From Lama glama (lineage: Eukaryota): a stretch of 64,000 nucleotides of DNA. Below, one piece after another: positions 38,451 through 51,600 of the stretch. How positions within the stretch are numbered: position 1 is the stretch's first letter; every line of letters begins with the position of its first letter. Where the stretch lies: positions 69,690,001 to 69,754,000 of the forward strand of contig CM052816.1 in assembly GCA_028534125.1 (NCBI GenBank), read 5' to 3'. The notes under the pieces were generated by a model. That model did no database searches. It saw only the letters and a program-made list of their open reading frames with translations, and was not told the DNA's origin. Position numbers and translations under genes: made by a program.

Positions 38451-41400
38451 TGCAGCCTGCTCGAGGCCCTATAAATTCTTAGTAATTCTCACTGACTATA
38501 TACTCAGTGTATCCAGAGAGAGACATCCAGCCAATCTGCTTCCGAAGGACTAAGTGTCAATGAAGTGTTGGGTAGACTGAATATTAAAAATCAATTTGAT
38601 ATGTTGGTGAAAATTGAAAGAAACTAACAATTAGGAACTTGAAAAATACTGATGTGTTTAACTTATTTAGTTATTTAATTCACTAAAAAGAAGCAGCCCC
38701 TCAACCTCTGGTCTACTCTCATGAGGGTGAATTGAAGAGGTAAATTTTGAATGGGAAAAAAGAAACGTACCCACATTAGTGAAAGGGCTTTTGAGAAACT
38801 GGGGTTGTTATAAGACTGAGTATTAGGAAAGGACTGTGAAATTATAATACATGTGTCTATCAGGTAGCTTGCAAATAATTTAAATTTTGACTGAGAGCAA
38901 TTAGGAAATTTTGAATGATTTATCATTATTTACAAAAATGATTACTGCTCCTCCAAAATAGATATACTGCTTACTACTAACTGGTTGATTTTGGAATAAA
39001 TGTCCATTAGTATAAAAACTAGTGATGACTACTTCTCTTCCCAAAACTGAACTTTGTACAGGCCAAAATGCAACCAATTGTTTGTTCTTAGTTGACCTAA
39101 GGACCTAGTATTTGGTGCTTTGATGAAGAAATAGGTCATACAAAATATTGAGGAGGGAGGAGGAATAAGAAAACTACCCCCTTATGCTGCAGATGGCCAG
39201 GTAAGTTGTGGCAGTGGGTACAAGCAGAGATCAAAATAGTAAAAATAAAAATGAAACAAAATCAAAAATGTCATCCAGCCAAATGATGGGCCATGCTTTT
39301 GTAGTTGACAGTATTCCACAATTATATAATTCAAAATTCTAGTTTAGCATTTAATTTTTCTACTGTTCAGTAAATAGTGAATGTAGACTTGTTGATATTC
39401 ATAGTAGACCTCTCTTAATTCATTATTTCCCCTTTGGCAAATACCAGATTCTGCAGCTTAGTTAATTGGTCTGGCCTCAGAGCCTCAGGGATTACACCTG
39501 AATTTCATTAAGGAAGTTTATGTAATTAAGATACAAAGAAATCTCACCATTCACAATTGCCTTCAACTGTGTTAAAACAAGATGCAACACAGTTTTTTTC
39601 AAAAACTTTCTAGAACCACAGCTTTATTGCTTATTTTTTTGTGGCAAGTTACTTGGTCATGTTGACTTTCAGCATAACCCTGCTGTCTAGAAAAACTGGA
39701 TGACCCCTTTTCTTTTGCTGTTCTCTCCCGTTCATGCTTCAGAGTACTAAAAGGCAAAGGCCCTTAAGTGAAATTTTTTAAACACGCCTAACCCACTTAT
39801 TTGAAATGGATTGTAAGAGAAGAATAAAACAAAATACACTTCAGTTAGTCACAAATGAGATCATCTATATCCAGAAAGAAAACCTTAAGCTTCGTATCAT
39901 TTCTGCGCCTTCCAGAACTATGGTTTGTATGGTTTATTGTCTTAAGGAGAGAACTTTGCATCCATTGGTGAGAGAAATCTGTTCTGTAGGAACTATAGGA
40001 GATTCTTTCTGGTGACCTTCTGGTAACTCAGTTCACATGTTTGTCAGAACCTTCAAAGGCCCAGTCCTTCCTCTGAAGATGGCTCATTCATTGATGTCCC
40101 TCTTGTTCTTTCAGAATGGGTGCTATTCCAAAAATAAAGCTGAAATGACTGAGGCAACAGTTATCGTGTTGGTAGGTCTCCGCTGCTTACAGTCCCACTT
40201 AGCCTCTGTCAGGAAAACAGGAAGTTTACCCATAGAACCTCAAGAAAATTTCCTTTTGCTCTCTTGAATGTCAGATTAAAAATTATAAAGTGAAAGTTTT
40301 ACTGTTGCTATGTGACAGTACTTATTAGGTGCACCTTGAGTTTTAGTATCTGCTAAATATGACCTTTTTCATTTATCTACTCTGAAATTATTATTTTTTG
40401 AGCACTTACTATGTGCCAAGCAATTTGGAGCAACATGAATCTAAAAATTCAGCACAACTTAGTGTCTAATCAAAATTATAAGGAAATTATTTAACATAGA
40501 CAATTATGATAAATGACTATAACCCTGGTACTGAAATTTTAATTATTTGAGTTTTCTTTGTTTTTGGAAATTATCCCATCAATCCCTCTGTTTCTTGGTA
40601 CATGATGAGCTATCATAGGAAGATCTTCTAATATTCCTACCAAAGAGGGATATTAAGGAATACTAAGACCTACAGTTTGAAAAATTCTGTAAATGTTTCT
40701 AAGAAAAAGTGCTGAGAAGATTTACAACTGTTCTGCTTTTCTGGCAAGTAAAATATCCCCAGAAATTAGTTACTCTGATAAGATGATGCTAGTTAGCTTA
40801 AAATAATTGAAAATCTCATCCTTGTCAATTTATCCTTGGGAAATGGCTTTCGCACTAATGTGGTCAGATTTTGTAATTATAAAAATAAACAAAAATATCT
40901 GCCTGTAATGTAAGATCACACTGAAAAAAGGAAAGATAAAGAGTGATTATCACTTTTCATTGCTTTTATTCAGAAAGAACCACATGTGTTATGGTACATG
41001 GCATATTACGGTTTTGAAATCCCTGTTCATGAAAATGTAGTCACGATAGATTAGAAATGTGCCTCAGGTTCTGTATCACTTTAACATCTTATGTTCAAGG
41101 TTCCAATTAATTTTAAGAAATTGAATTAAATTCTGTTTCCTCACAGAATCTCCTTCTTCATAAGCCACAGTGTAAGGTTTGCTGTACTTGGCATGCAGAA
41201 TGATTTCCATACATGACTGTTTTTTCCCTCCTTTGTCTTGCTATAATCATATCATATGTGTGTGTTCAGCTCTCAGATGTAAGAGAACTCAGGTGAAGGT
41301 GAACTGAAGTTTTCAGTTGCAATTCTCACTTTCCATTCTCTTCACAAAGAAAGGATTGTTCCAGCCATTGAGTGGCAGGAAAGTACTATCACGTTGTTCT

Positions 41401-42234
41401 GTAGATATCAAATCAGCCTGGGATTTAGCCATTCTTTCCCTTTATCTTTACTGGTTTTGAGTTTAAAAAAAAAAAGGAAAGAAAAAATTTATTTGAGAAA
41501 ATTATGTATACAAATGCATACAGCATAAGCACACATACTACAAATATGCACATATAACCTACCTTTTTCATTTTTTGTTACTACTTTATGTTGACTCCTT
41601 CATGAAATGTTGGTTCGTTTATCAGCTTATTTAGTAAGTACATGTAAACAGTTTTCCCCTCTTAAATTGCCTTTTAAAAGGCTCTGGGTTTAATGTGTTA
41701 TACATTGCTCTCCAAGTATTTATACCAGCTATAGATATACATGTGTATGTGCTTGTGTATGTGTTTTTTCTTGATACCACAAACTCTTTATCTAATTTAT
41801 TGAGTAATGGAGTGTTACTGTGAGCAGTTCTAGTTAAATATAAGTAACTATGTGTTGTTTAGATATAGGGAAATAGGGTTACATATTTCAATGAGCATAT
41901 AAATACGTTCTTCAATATTTGCAAAGTAACTCATAGATTTGCTTAGGAATCCCAATTACACACATTATTTTATTCCTGGAAACATAATCCTTATGAGTTA
42001 ATACCATGCTGATCATAAAGTTACAAGTAAAATTATAGCATCTTTAATTTTTAAAAAATGGTGTTTTAATATATCTTAACAGAATTCAAAGTATTGTGGG
42101 TAGATCCAACTTTAAAGTACACCTTAGTCATGCATTAGTTTTCTCTTCATTTATCTGCGGAGGTACCTTGACCTTCATATAGCTTGATGTTACATATTTG
42201 CCACTGATTTATTACACATTTGCCATTGATTTTT

Positions 42235-43996
42235 ATATCAAAATAATTCTAAATTGATAGAAAGTTACAAAGATAGTGCAGAGAGGTCTTGTGACCCCTT
42301 CACTCAGTTGCCCCAGATGGTTACATTTTATAAAATTATAGTGCAATATCAGAACCAGGAAATTGACACTGATATTCTATGTGTATGCATTTCTATGTCA
42401 TTTTTTTTAACTAGTATAGACTTGTATAATTACCACTATAGTCAAGACGCAGAACTATTCCATCACCACAAAGGTCTCCCTTCCATTTTTATTTGTAGTG
42501 TTTTTAAGTATGTCTATTTGTATAGCTTTTTTAGTGGTTCACAGTCTACTGGTGTCATCATTTTGCTAATTTAAGTGAAGTGCAGAAACTGCTATCTCCC
42601 TCTATGTCCCTTTACCCTCCCATTTGTGATACAACTGTCTTAAATATTTCTTCTACTTTTTCAGGCTGATTTCTTTCTGTTGTTCAAATTGGGTGATTCC
42701 TATTGTTAACTCTTCAAATACTCTTAGTTTTCCTTCATCTGAGAATGTCTTGATTGCCCCTTCATTTCTGAAGGTACTTTTGCTAGGTTACGGGATTCTA
42801 GTTTGACAGATCCTTTCTTTCAACAGTTGAAAATGTTATACCACTTCCTTCCAGCCTCCATGGTTTCTAATGAGAAATCTGCTGCCATTTGTTTTATCTC
42901 CTTTTGGTAAGGTCTCGTTTCTCCTGCCACTTACAAGCTTTTTCTTCGTCTTTATTTTTCAGAAGTTTGATTTTGATGTGTCTTGGGTATATCAACTGTT
43001 TAGGGGTTCTCTCAGCTTCTTGAATCTGTAGGTTTATGTCTTTTTCCAAATTTGGGAAACCTTCAGCCATTATTTCTGAGAAAAAAGTTTCAGCTCCATT
43101 TCCCTTTCTTTTTTTCCCTCTGAAACACCTGTGACACAAATGAGATCTTTTGTTACTATCCCACCCATAGGCTTCTGAGGCTTTGTTGTTTTCAGTGTAT
43201 GTTCACTTCATTTTTCAAACTGGGAAATTTCTGTTGTTCTGTCTTTGAGTTTACTGATTCTTTCGTCTATTCTCTCCATCCTGCTGCTGAGTCTACTCAC
43301 TGAGTATTTTTTTTTAATTTGTCACCGTAATTTTCAGTTCTATAATTTATGTTGGTTCTTCTTTCTATCTTCTGTTTGCTGATACTTTCTGTTTTTCATT
43401 AGTTTCAAGGGTCTTTATAATTGCTCATTAACACATTTTATGGTGGCTGATTTAAGTCCTTGTCATATAATTCTAACATCTGTGCCATCTTAGTGTTAGT
43501 GACTCTTGTCTTCTCTCATTCAAGTCGAAATTTTCCTGGGTTTTGATATGAAAGCGATTTTCCATTGAATCTTTGACACTTGGGCCATTACTTTATGAGA
43601 CCCTGGATTCTGTTTAAATCTTCTGTTTGGTAGATCTCTGATACTGGTTACCTCTTTACTTCCAGCTAAAGTTGGTCTTTATCCTAGGTCTTTGTTGACA
43701 CCTAGTAGATGGGAGTGGGACCTCATTATTGTTTGGTGAAGGTGGGAGTTCAGGTTTCCCAGGAGACCTCTGTTGATATACCCTGGCAGGGAGAGGTAGA
43801 GATTCCTCCTTACTGCTCCGCATGAGGTCTCTGTTGATACTGCAAAGGATTGGCCTTGTTACTCACAGTTAGGTGGTAGGTACTCGCACTAGACCTGACA
43901 CTGCCCCTGTGGAGAGGTGGTGGGACTCCTCATTACCTCTGGTAAAAGTCTAGTTTCCCCATGTAATCTCCATTGACCTGGGGGAGGGGGTGGCAT
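42235..43996 (-). mobile_element. Old LINE-1 (L1M-type) with 5' UTR, ORF1 and 3' end but lacking ORF2
   Basis: 3' end at 42235-42485, ORF1-like region ~42725-43400, 5' UTR-like region to 43996. Flanked by the direct repeat cattgattttt (42224-42234 / 43997-44007). Confidence 0.8.
42894..43139 (-). pseudogene. LINE-1 ORF1p remnant (RRM region)
   Basis: EIMAEGFPNLEKDINLQIQEAERTP...PRHIKIKLLKNKDEEK matches the conserved L1 ORF1p motif. Confidence 0.9.
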
Positions 43997-46900
43997 CATT
44001 GATTTTTTTTTTTTTAAGACTCATTTTTAGTATTTTAGATGGATGATTTCAAATAACTTGAAAAATGTTTTTACTTTAGTTTTTTTCTGTTATATTTCTT
44101 TCAGATCTAAAGATCAGTATATATTTAATTTTTGTCAGACTAGTTTTAACAAAGCTCAAAGCTTACATTTTTGACTGGTGTTGTAGCATCACGTTTGAGA
44201 ACTGCTAATTTGCTTTTCAGATGTGAGAAGAAGAGAATAATTGCAAAGTGTGCTGTGGATGAGAGAGTTTAATGCTTTTCTAAGTATTTTGTGAAAAACA
44301 GTGAAATTATAAGGCTGTGTGTGTTTTTTTTTAAAGGAGGTAGACAGTGCCTAAACTCTTACTTGATTCTTCAGTTTATAACAACCCAATTAGAAATAGT
44401 AGTTTTTGTCCTAGATTTATGACTGAATTAATTGCATGTGTTTGTACAGGAGAGCATGAGCAGTAGAATGTCATATTATAAAAGTTATGTCTCTTTTTCA
44501 CATTTTGGATGCAGTTTATGTCTGGAATTATGTTTATATAGATGATCTAAATTTAAAATTTGAGAATTTGTAAACATACTATGAGACTTACAGAATTTAA
44601 TGGCCCCAACATACCCAACAGTTATTCAACATTATATTAATTGAGGTCCTATTAAGAAATCCTTCCCTAAAATAGTAGATTTATAGGTGCATCACTCTGC
44701 AGAGTTACTAAGCAGTACTTTTAGTCACGATGAAGATTCTTGGGTCTTTCGATAAGATAAAACTTCCCAAAATAATAATGCAAAGCCTCTTAAAAATAAT
44801 ACGTACCAGGGAGTTCCTTTAGCCTTATCTCTAAGCAAATGTGAACCAACTAAAGCAATACTTAAGTTTACTTACCTTTGACATACATGGATGAGGTCAA
44901 AAAAAAAATCACTTGTTAAATGTAAAAAATCACTGTTAAATGGCAAACTCACGTGTTTCTCACTTGGGTTAAGGGCATTATAACTTAAAAAATAAAAAAT
45001 GTTTATCCTGTACAGGGAGTTTCAGAAAATGTTTTAGACTTTATAATCATAAATTCATCAATGTCATAAATTAAATTGATAGGTTTTACATTAAAATTAG
45101 TGGTAAAGATGCCAGAAGCATCTCATTGACCAAAATCTGTTAAAGAATAAAGAATGCAATAGTACCAAATTAGTAAAGAATCTAGTCTCATTCTTTAATT
45201 TAGCCTACATCCATTATCTTAGAGGAGTGTGCAAATCGTAGAAAAAAAATACCATTGAGGATGAGAATAATCACTCTGGGTGTTCAGTTCTGTTTTGTTA
45301 AAGAAAAGAGAAACTTTCTTACCATGCTTGTGGCTTCTCTGCACCAATGTAGGGCTAGACTTTACGGTTTGTTTAGCTGTGAAGGGATGACAGACTTGGG
45401 GGATGGGGAAGGGAGCTTAGTTTTGGAATGTAAATACATGTAGAGCTTGCCTCCTTTTGTTTAGCATCTCTTTAAACTAAGACAAAAAAATCAGTGAATG
45501 AATGAATAGCAGCATGGTGAAATACCTAAATGTTTGAGTTAAAATTTTTGGATGTTTGAAATCCTATTTGGATCCTTTTCCCAGATCACGGCGCATTCAT
45601 ATGCACTCAGCAGGAAACTTCATGGAGATGCACATTTGGCCAGAAGGTCTTTGACGGTCCCTTTTTCTTAACTTGTGCCTTTTCTTCTTTAGAAAAAAAG
45701 TAATGGCTTAAGTCTGACTGAAGAACAATCTTTTTTGTATGTTCCTTATAAGAATTTACTTATGGTTCACAGATTTTTACCCACCATCTATGTCTGCAAT
45801 CCCTGGATTTAAAATAGCACATATCCTACTGCAGACTACAGGAAACGCCACATTAAAGACTTAATGACATACTGCGAAAAAGACAAAAGGCGACAAATTA
45901 TAAATCAGTCCACTAAACCTCTAAAGTGAAACTCACGGGGAAAAAACTATGCTTTTGAGCTATATATAAATTTTTTTTAAGCCTTAGCTTTTTGATGCTC
46001 ATGCAACAGGTAAACTTAGTGGTACAGTTGGGTTTGAATCCAGATATTGTTAAAAACGAAACAAAACAATGCTGAACATGAGAAATGTGCCTCTTCGGTG
46101 CACAAACCTAGTTATTATGTGGCTATTTCAGCACTGATAAATTCTATTCATTTTTAAAATATTTGTCTCTTTTTCTAGTTTTAGAATTACTCTGCGGACC
46201 ATGCTCATTTATGGCGTTGGTCTGTCTAGGTGATGTAGTGGTTTATTAATTCTCCTCCTCGGGGTCGCCTTAGCCATACTCAAGTCCATTCCAGTTTTCT
46301 TGACTTATAAGGAAGCAGGAATGTCTTTTGTCTCTTGCTTAAGTTGTGGGGAAGGGAGCGAGAACAAGAGGCCCGGGGGTTAATGGAAGGGTTAGAGAAC
46401 AGATGGAACCGGGAGGAAAAGGAGGCCTTTTAAAAACTAGTTTTCAAAAGACCCCCGTTACTGCTTCTGGCTCATTTTTCCAGCCTTCCCTTTGGGAGGG
46501 TTTCTTTCACAAAGGCACTGAGTCCCCCTTCAACTCCGGGAGAACGTGCTCTTTCTGGGTGGTGCTGTGGGAACGTCAACGTGGGCTGGTGACAGAGCAG
46601 CTGGCGGTGCAGTGACAATAATAAGAGCAGAGAGAGTCCCGGCACTGCTGCCCTGGGTAATTCCAAGGAGAGCTGCGTTTGGTCCTGGAAGTGAGCAGTC
46701 CAGTGCTGGTGCTTCTGGCCAGGAGGAGAGCCTCACAGATGTGTACCAAGCTCAAACTCCAGGGCAGACTCAGACCTCTCTCCATTTCACTGTAGTTCAT
46801 TTGAAGTTAATCAAAAACAAGCAAAAAAACCTGGTCACCCAATCTTGCATGTGAGTGAACACACGCACACCATTTTGGAGAAAAGGACATTCAGCCCTGA

Positions 46901-47574
46901 GCTCTCCCTTGTGCTCAGGGGTGTGCTTCTAAGGTCAGATGCATTGATGAAAATTCCATACTCATCACTAGCCTTCTTGTTGTGACGTTGTTTCCATCCC
47001 GATATCTAGAGAGCTTGATACAACACTGGGCAGTGGTGACAGAGCAAATCAAATGCCAGCATTTAAAGCAAAAGTGGAAGGATGCACCAGGATTAAAGTG
47101 CTGGCAGGTTCACTTTCCTTGCTGTTATGTTCACTTCTCCTTGGTCTCTGATCGTTTCAGGAGTTGGTTCTTCTGACCATAAAATTGAACTCTTCATCCT
47201 GAGAAACTGGTTTCAAACAAGTCAGGAGAGCTAGGTGGCAATCAGTGTAAAACACTGTTGAATATATTTTGAGAAGATACTTTGAAAGCTGTTAACAAGG
47301 CATGTGACTCATCCATCAGAAATGTAGGGAGAAAATATTCCAGAGGTAAAATGTAGCATAAAGAGGTTAACATAAAAAATAATGATGTGAGAAAATGAGA
47401 CGGCAGCTGAGTGAGGTCTGTAGGGTGCTGTGGTGAGCTGCTCAGCGAGCAGCAGTCAGTGAAAGAGGCCAGAGGAAGGACAAGGCGGAGAGCCCAGAGT
47501 TTACTGTGTCTGCAGCTCTCCCAGAGATGAATTAATTGACGTGGGGAGGGGAGCCGGTGTTAAAGGCTCCGTGA

Positions 47575-47746
47575 CAGAACAGCTACATAATTTGCGAGCG
47601 AGGGCAACATGAAAATGTGAGGTCTTCTGTTCAGAAAGTCAGAATTTCAAAACAGCAACAGCAAATCATTAAACCAAGCACAGGACCCTCGTAAGTGTGG
47701 GGCCCCCTCCAACTGGTCCGGTGGCACATCCAGGAAGCCAGCCCTG
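47575..47746 (-). mobile_element. MER45A (hAT-Tip100)
   Basis: cagaacagctacataatttgc...gaatttcaaaacagcaacagcaaatcattaaaccaagc...gaagccagccctg is the reverse complement of MER45A. Confidence 0.85.
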
Positions 47747-48394
47747 TGGGCAGGTGGTCAGTCACTCGTACGGCCTGACACTTGTCCCTTGATCTTAGAT
47801 ACACCTCCCCTCATCCACTGATCACTTATTATATACTTGGAAGAAGCTCAAAGAAAGCAAGATATATATGTTATACACACTCACACCCCCAAGGTTTTTT
47901 TCCCTCTAAATTAGTAAAATAAAGATTTTGGTCAGAATTGAGGGAAAACTAAGCATGTTGTGACCATCTGAATTTTTTTTTTTACCATGTCACTTGTAAA
48001 AATGATTAATGCAATGTTACTGAAAAGTCTCCCCACTAAAATTCTGTGATTCTAATATCCATCATCATTTATATGAAGGTGTATAATTTAAAACCATACC
48101 TAATGTTTAGCTTAATAAAATAGTAATCATATATGGATATTAGGGAGAGCCTTAAAATAAATATTTAGTGTTAGATAAACTTTTCAACTTAAATTTATGG
48201 TTTACATATTTGTAACTTGGAAAAATGAAGGTAAACAGGTTAGCTTTCTATAATCAATTTTCCAAACTAATAGAGATGTCTTAAAATTAAAGAAAAGAAA
48301 GAAAAAGAAAAAAGTTAGTTTTTATTTCTTTATCTTCTTATAGCCTGGGTTAAAGGCTATCAGTGAATATTTAATGCAAGCCCTCAACCATTCA

Positions 48395-48640
48395 AGGCAA
48401 GATTTAATTGCTGTCTTTAGTGGTGTGAAGGGCAGTGACCAAACAAGAGTCTGTGAACTGAAATCAAAGCAGGAGAGACTTCAGCTGGATGCTTAGAAGC
48501 ATGGAACCCACAAGACAGTAACCATGATGAAGTATGTAGGGAAGTTACAAGAGTCTTCATTTCTGGAAGTTTTCAGTGTTTACTTATGTAGAAGGGCGGA
48601 CAATATGTTCTCTCATATGTCTTCCAATGTTGTGATTTGA
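48395..48640 (+). mobile_element. L3/CR1 3' remnant
   Basis: attgctgtcttt...gtgaagggc...gagacttcagctggat...catttctggaagttttc...tcttccaatgttgtgatt. Confidence 0.55.
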
Positions 48641-51600
48641 AGTGAAGTATTACAAGGATGTAAAAGGATTTTATTTTGTAATGCACACATATCATTTTAG
48701 GCATGTGTAGAAATTATGTATTTTAAATATATGGTTATTTTTATACAAAATGATGGTATTTTGTTAATCATCCTCTAGAAATAGTACTTTAAATTTACAA
48801 TATCTATGGCTGCTCCTTTAAGACCACAGCAAAAGCAGGTAGTTTACCCCATTATCCCTACTGCCTTTGGTCGAGTGACTGTATTCAAACTTCTCTTTCC
48901 AAATTCTCTAACTAAGCAAGTCTTTTAACTTCTGTGTCTTAGGTTGTCTTAGGTTAAATGGTTTCTTAGAAATGAAGTTGAAAATGGGGCTCATGAGATT
49001 TCTCACTCCCACTGCCTTTCTCATCACCAGATCAAGTTTCTTCTACTCATGAAAAATAATATTTCCAGTTTTCACAACTTTATGGGAGGGTGCTTTAATT
49101 ACTTTTTTAAAAATCTTACAACAGAAGAATGTGCTTATTTTTAAAGATGTACCCATTACAGAAATAGGTCATGTAAAAATGGAAGTTCTCTGTAATCCAA
49201 CTTCCTTAAGGTAATAATCTTGAAGTTTGGTGAAACATTTAAATTTTACATGATAATAATCTGTAAAGCAGCAGTGTGTTGAACTCTGGAGTACTGAATT
49301 CACAGTCTGTATTTCTGTAGATTGAGTATCTTATATGACAACTTTAGTCAGGTCTTTTTGAACTAGAGACCTGATCTTGTACAGTTCACACTGTAGTTTT
49401 TCAACCCTCTGCATAGGCATTTGTCTTATGATTTGGCCTTTTATCACTTCTCTAAGACGTTTTATTATTAACCACAGACTTTGTTACAGCTTTTTTTTTT
49501 AACTGATTCTATGGAGTTGTTTTGGGGGATCAGTAAAATAATATTTGAAGTAATTCCTTCAGAGGCTAATGTCTTTTTTTGATGTCCTTAGTTTTGGACA
49601 GTCTTGGGTCTTACATTATTCAGCCTATGATTATTCAGAGGCACGTCTGGTGAGTATATTTAATTATGCTGGATCGTTTCCAGATTGAATCAGAGATGAG
49701 GTGAAATCTATCAGGTATTGAGGCCAATTTTTTTGTATGTCGTACCAACTGATCCTGTAGGTATTTCCAATGGAAGACTTTTTTTTAAGGGAAAATAAGA
49801 ATGTTTAGCTGTGACAATATCAATGGAAATACTGCCTACCTTGGGAATTTTTTAAGGCAGTATTTTGAAGTCTTTTGTAGGTCTTTTGTTGAAAATCAGT
49901 CTTGTTATACTTTAGAACTTCCTACTGCTTTCACACTCATACAGTAATTGTTAAATGTAAGGTGATGATGATGATGATTCTGTGTGGATTGCTTATTAGC
50001 AAGTCTCTTCTTCACAATAATTTTCAGTCATGGTTAATCTCTCCTTCAGGAAGAAATGAGGTGGGACAGCATTTTGTGGCTTTCCACAGGGCTTTCCTTT
50101 TACTCCAGATCTCCTAAAGGATGCAAATCACTTCAAAACAGTCATCACTCTCCATCCCTTTGTGACCCCCTGTGTTTGTCTTAATCTCCCCCTCCCCATC
50201 TTTTTTTGTTTTGTTTTTTTCCCTCTGTAAAGGGAGAATAAAGAGAATTTGCAGTCTGCCCTCCCCTCCCCTTCCCTCTATTTCTTTCCCCTACCCTGGA
50301 GGGTGGGCTGAGAAGCAAGGAAGAACCTTCAGTCCTGCCCTTTGTTAGGAACTCCGATGACTAAAACTGTTGGAACATGGCTAAAATGAGTTTTGGAGGC
50401 TCTCCCTACTCCCCCTGCCTGCCATTTCCATGGATTACTGAGGACTGGTCCTATTGCCAAACAAGGCTGATACCGAGAGTCAAATTTTGATCCATTTTTC
50501 TTCAAGTTTGATTTAATATAGAGGTCGCAAGATTTAGTAGTAAAGCAATTACTGTTCATATAGCAAACGTCAACTTCATGCATGCCAAATTCCATCTCTT
50601 GGGCTGAAGGCAAAGCAATCTTTACGGAAGGTCCACAGCCCATTGGGGTCTAAGCGGTAATGCCAGCAGCAACAAGAGCTCAGGGCTGTCTTTTTTGACC
50701 TGAAATAGTTATCTGGCAAATGTAATGCAAAGCCTTAAGTTTTACCTTCTTTAGAATGTGGGACATTGCACAGCTAAATAAATTAATAATGGTGGAGTAA
50801 TACGCTTTTTAAAAAACCTGCAAATCTGTGTTTGAAGTGAATAAAGTGAATGTTAGAAAATTTATAGCTTTTCTGGAAAGCTGATGACTGGTCATTTTAG
50901 GTTGATCGGTGGAAGAAAATGAGGGCAACAGGCTTTTGTAAGTTACATGATCTGAGGTTCATGCTGGTGCTGCTGGCTTCTCCCAAGTGTTTAAAAAGTT
51001 GAAAGCAACTTCGTGATCAGGCAATTTAACAACGATGGCGAACAGAGAAGTTTCAAAGGAACTTGCATTTAGACTGTATATATATAATATGAAGCACCTT
51101 TACAGATTCTGATACAAGTTTTATTCATAAGGAGACATGAATGCTATTGCCAGGATAGATTAAGGAAAATGATCGGATCATTTTTAGAACCTTAAAACAA
51201 CTTCCATAGGAATAATTCCTAATGTTCCATTCTCTTGCGTTGAAATAAATTGTTTCTCCGACCTCTGATCAGCTACAGTATTGAAATGACAAGATCAAAA
51301 TAGGTGGTAGTGATGCTAAATTACTTCTAATTGATGACATTTTATTTTATTAATATAAGCTTGAGCGTTTTAATCTAGGGGAGGAAAGGAGAATAAAATA
51401 TTAAAAGAAGAATTCTCTGGAGCGGTTTACAAACATTTAGGGGAAATGGAAAACAAAGATGAAGCACAGGGACTGGTAAAAGGTTTCAGTGTTACTCTTG
51501 TTCACATGACAGAGCAGCAGTCAAAATACACCCCTGTGATTTGTCGCATCTGGTAGAAATGCTGCAGTAGCTAAAGGGACGATCTCTGGCTTTGGTGAAG

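Noticed and set aside
44903..44942. Short tandem duplications (also 42192-42231, 48936-48954)
   Set aside because: Two-copy slippage duplications with no spacer structure; not CRISPR-like.
46346..46854. Cluster of overlapping ORFs on both strands
   Set aside because: Explained by locally higher GC content; no recognisable protein or convincing splice signals; not a CpG island.
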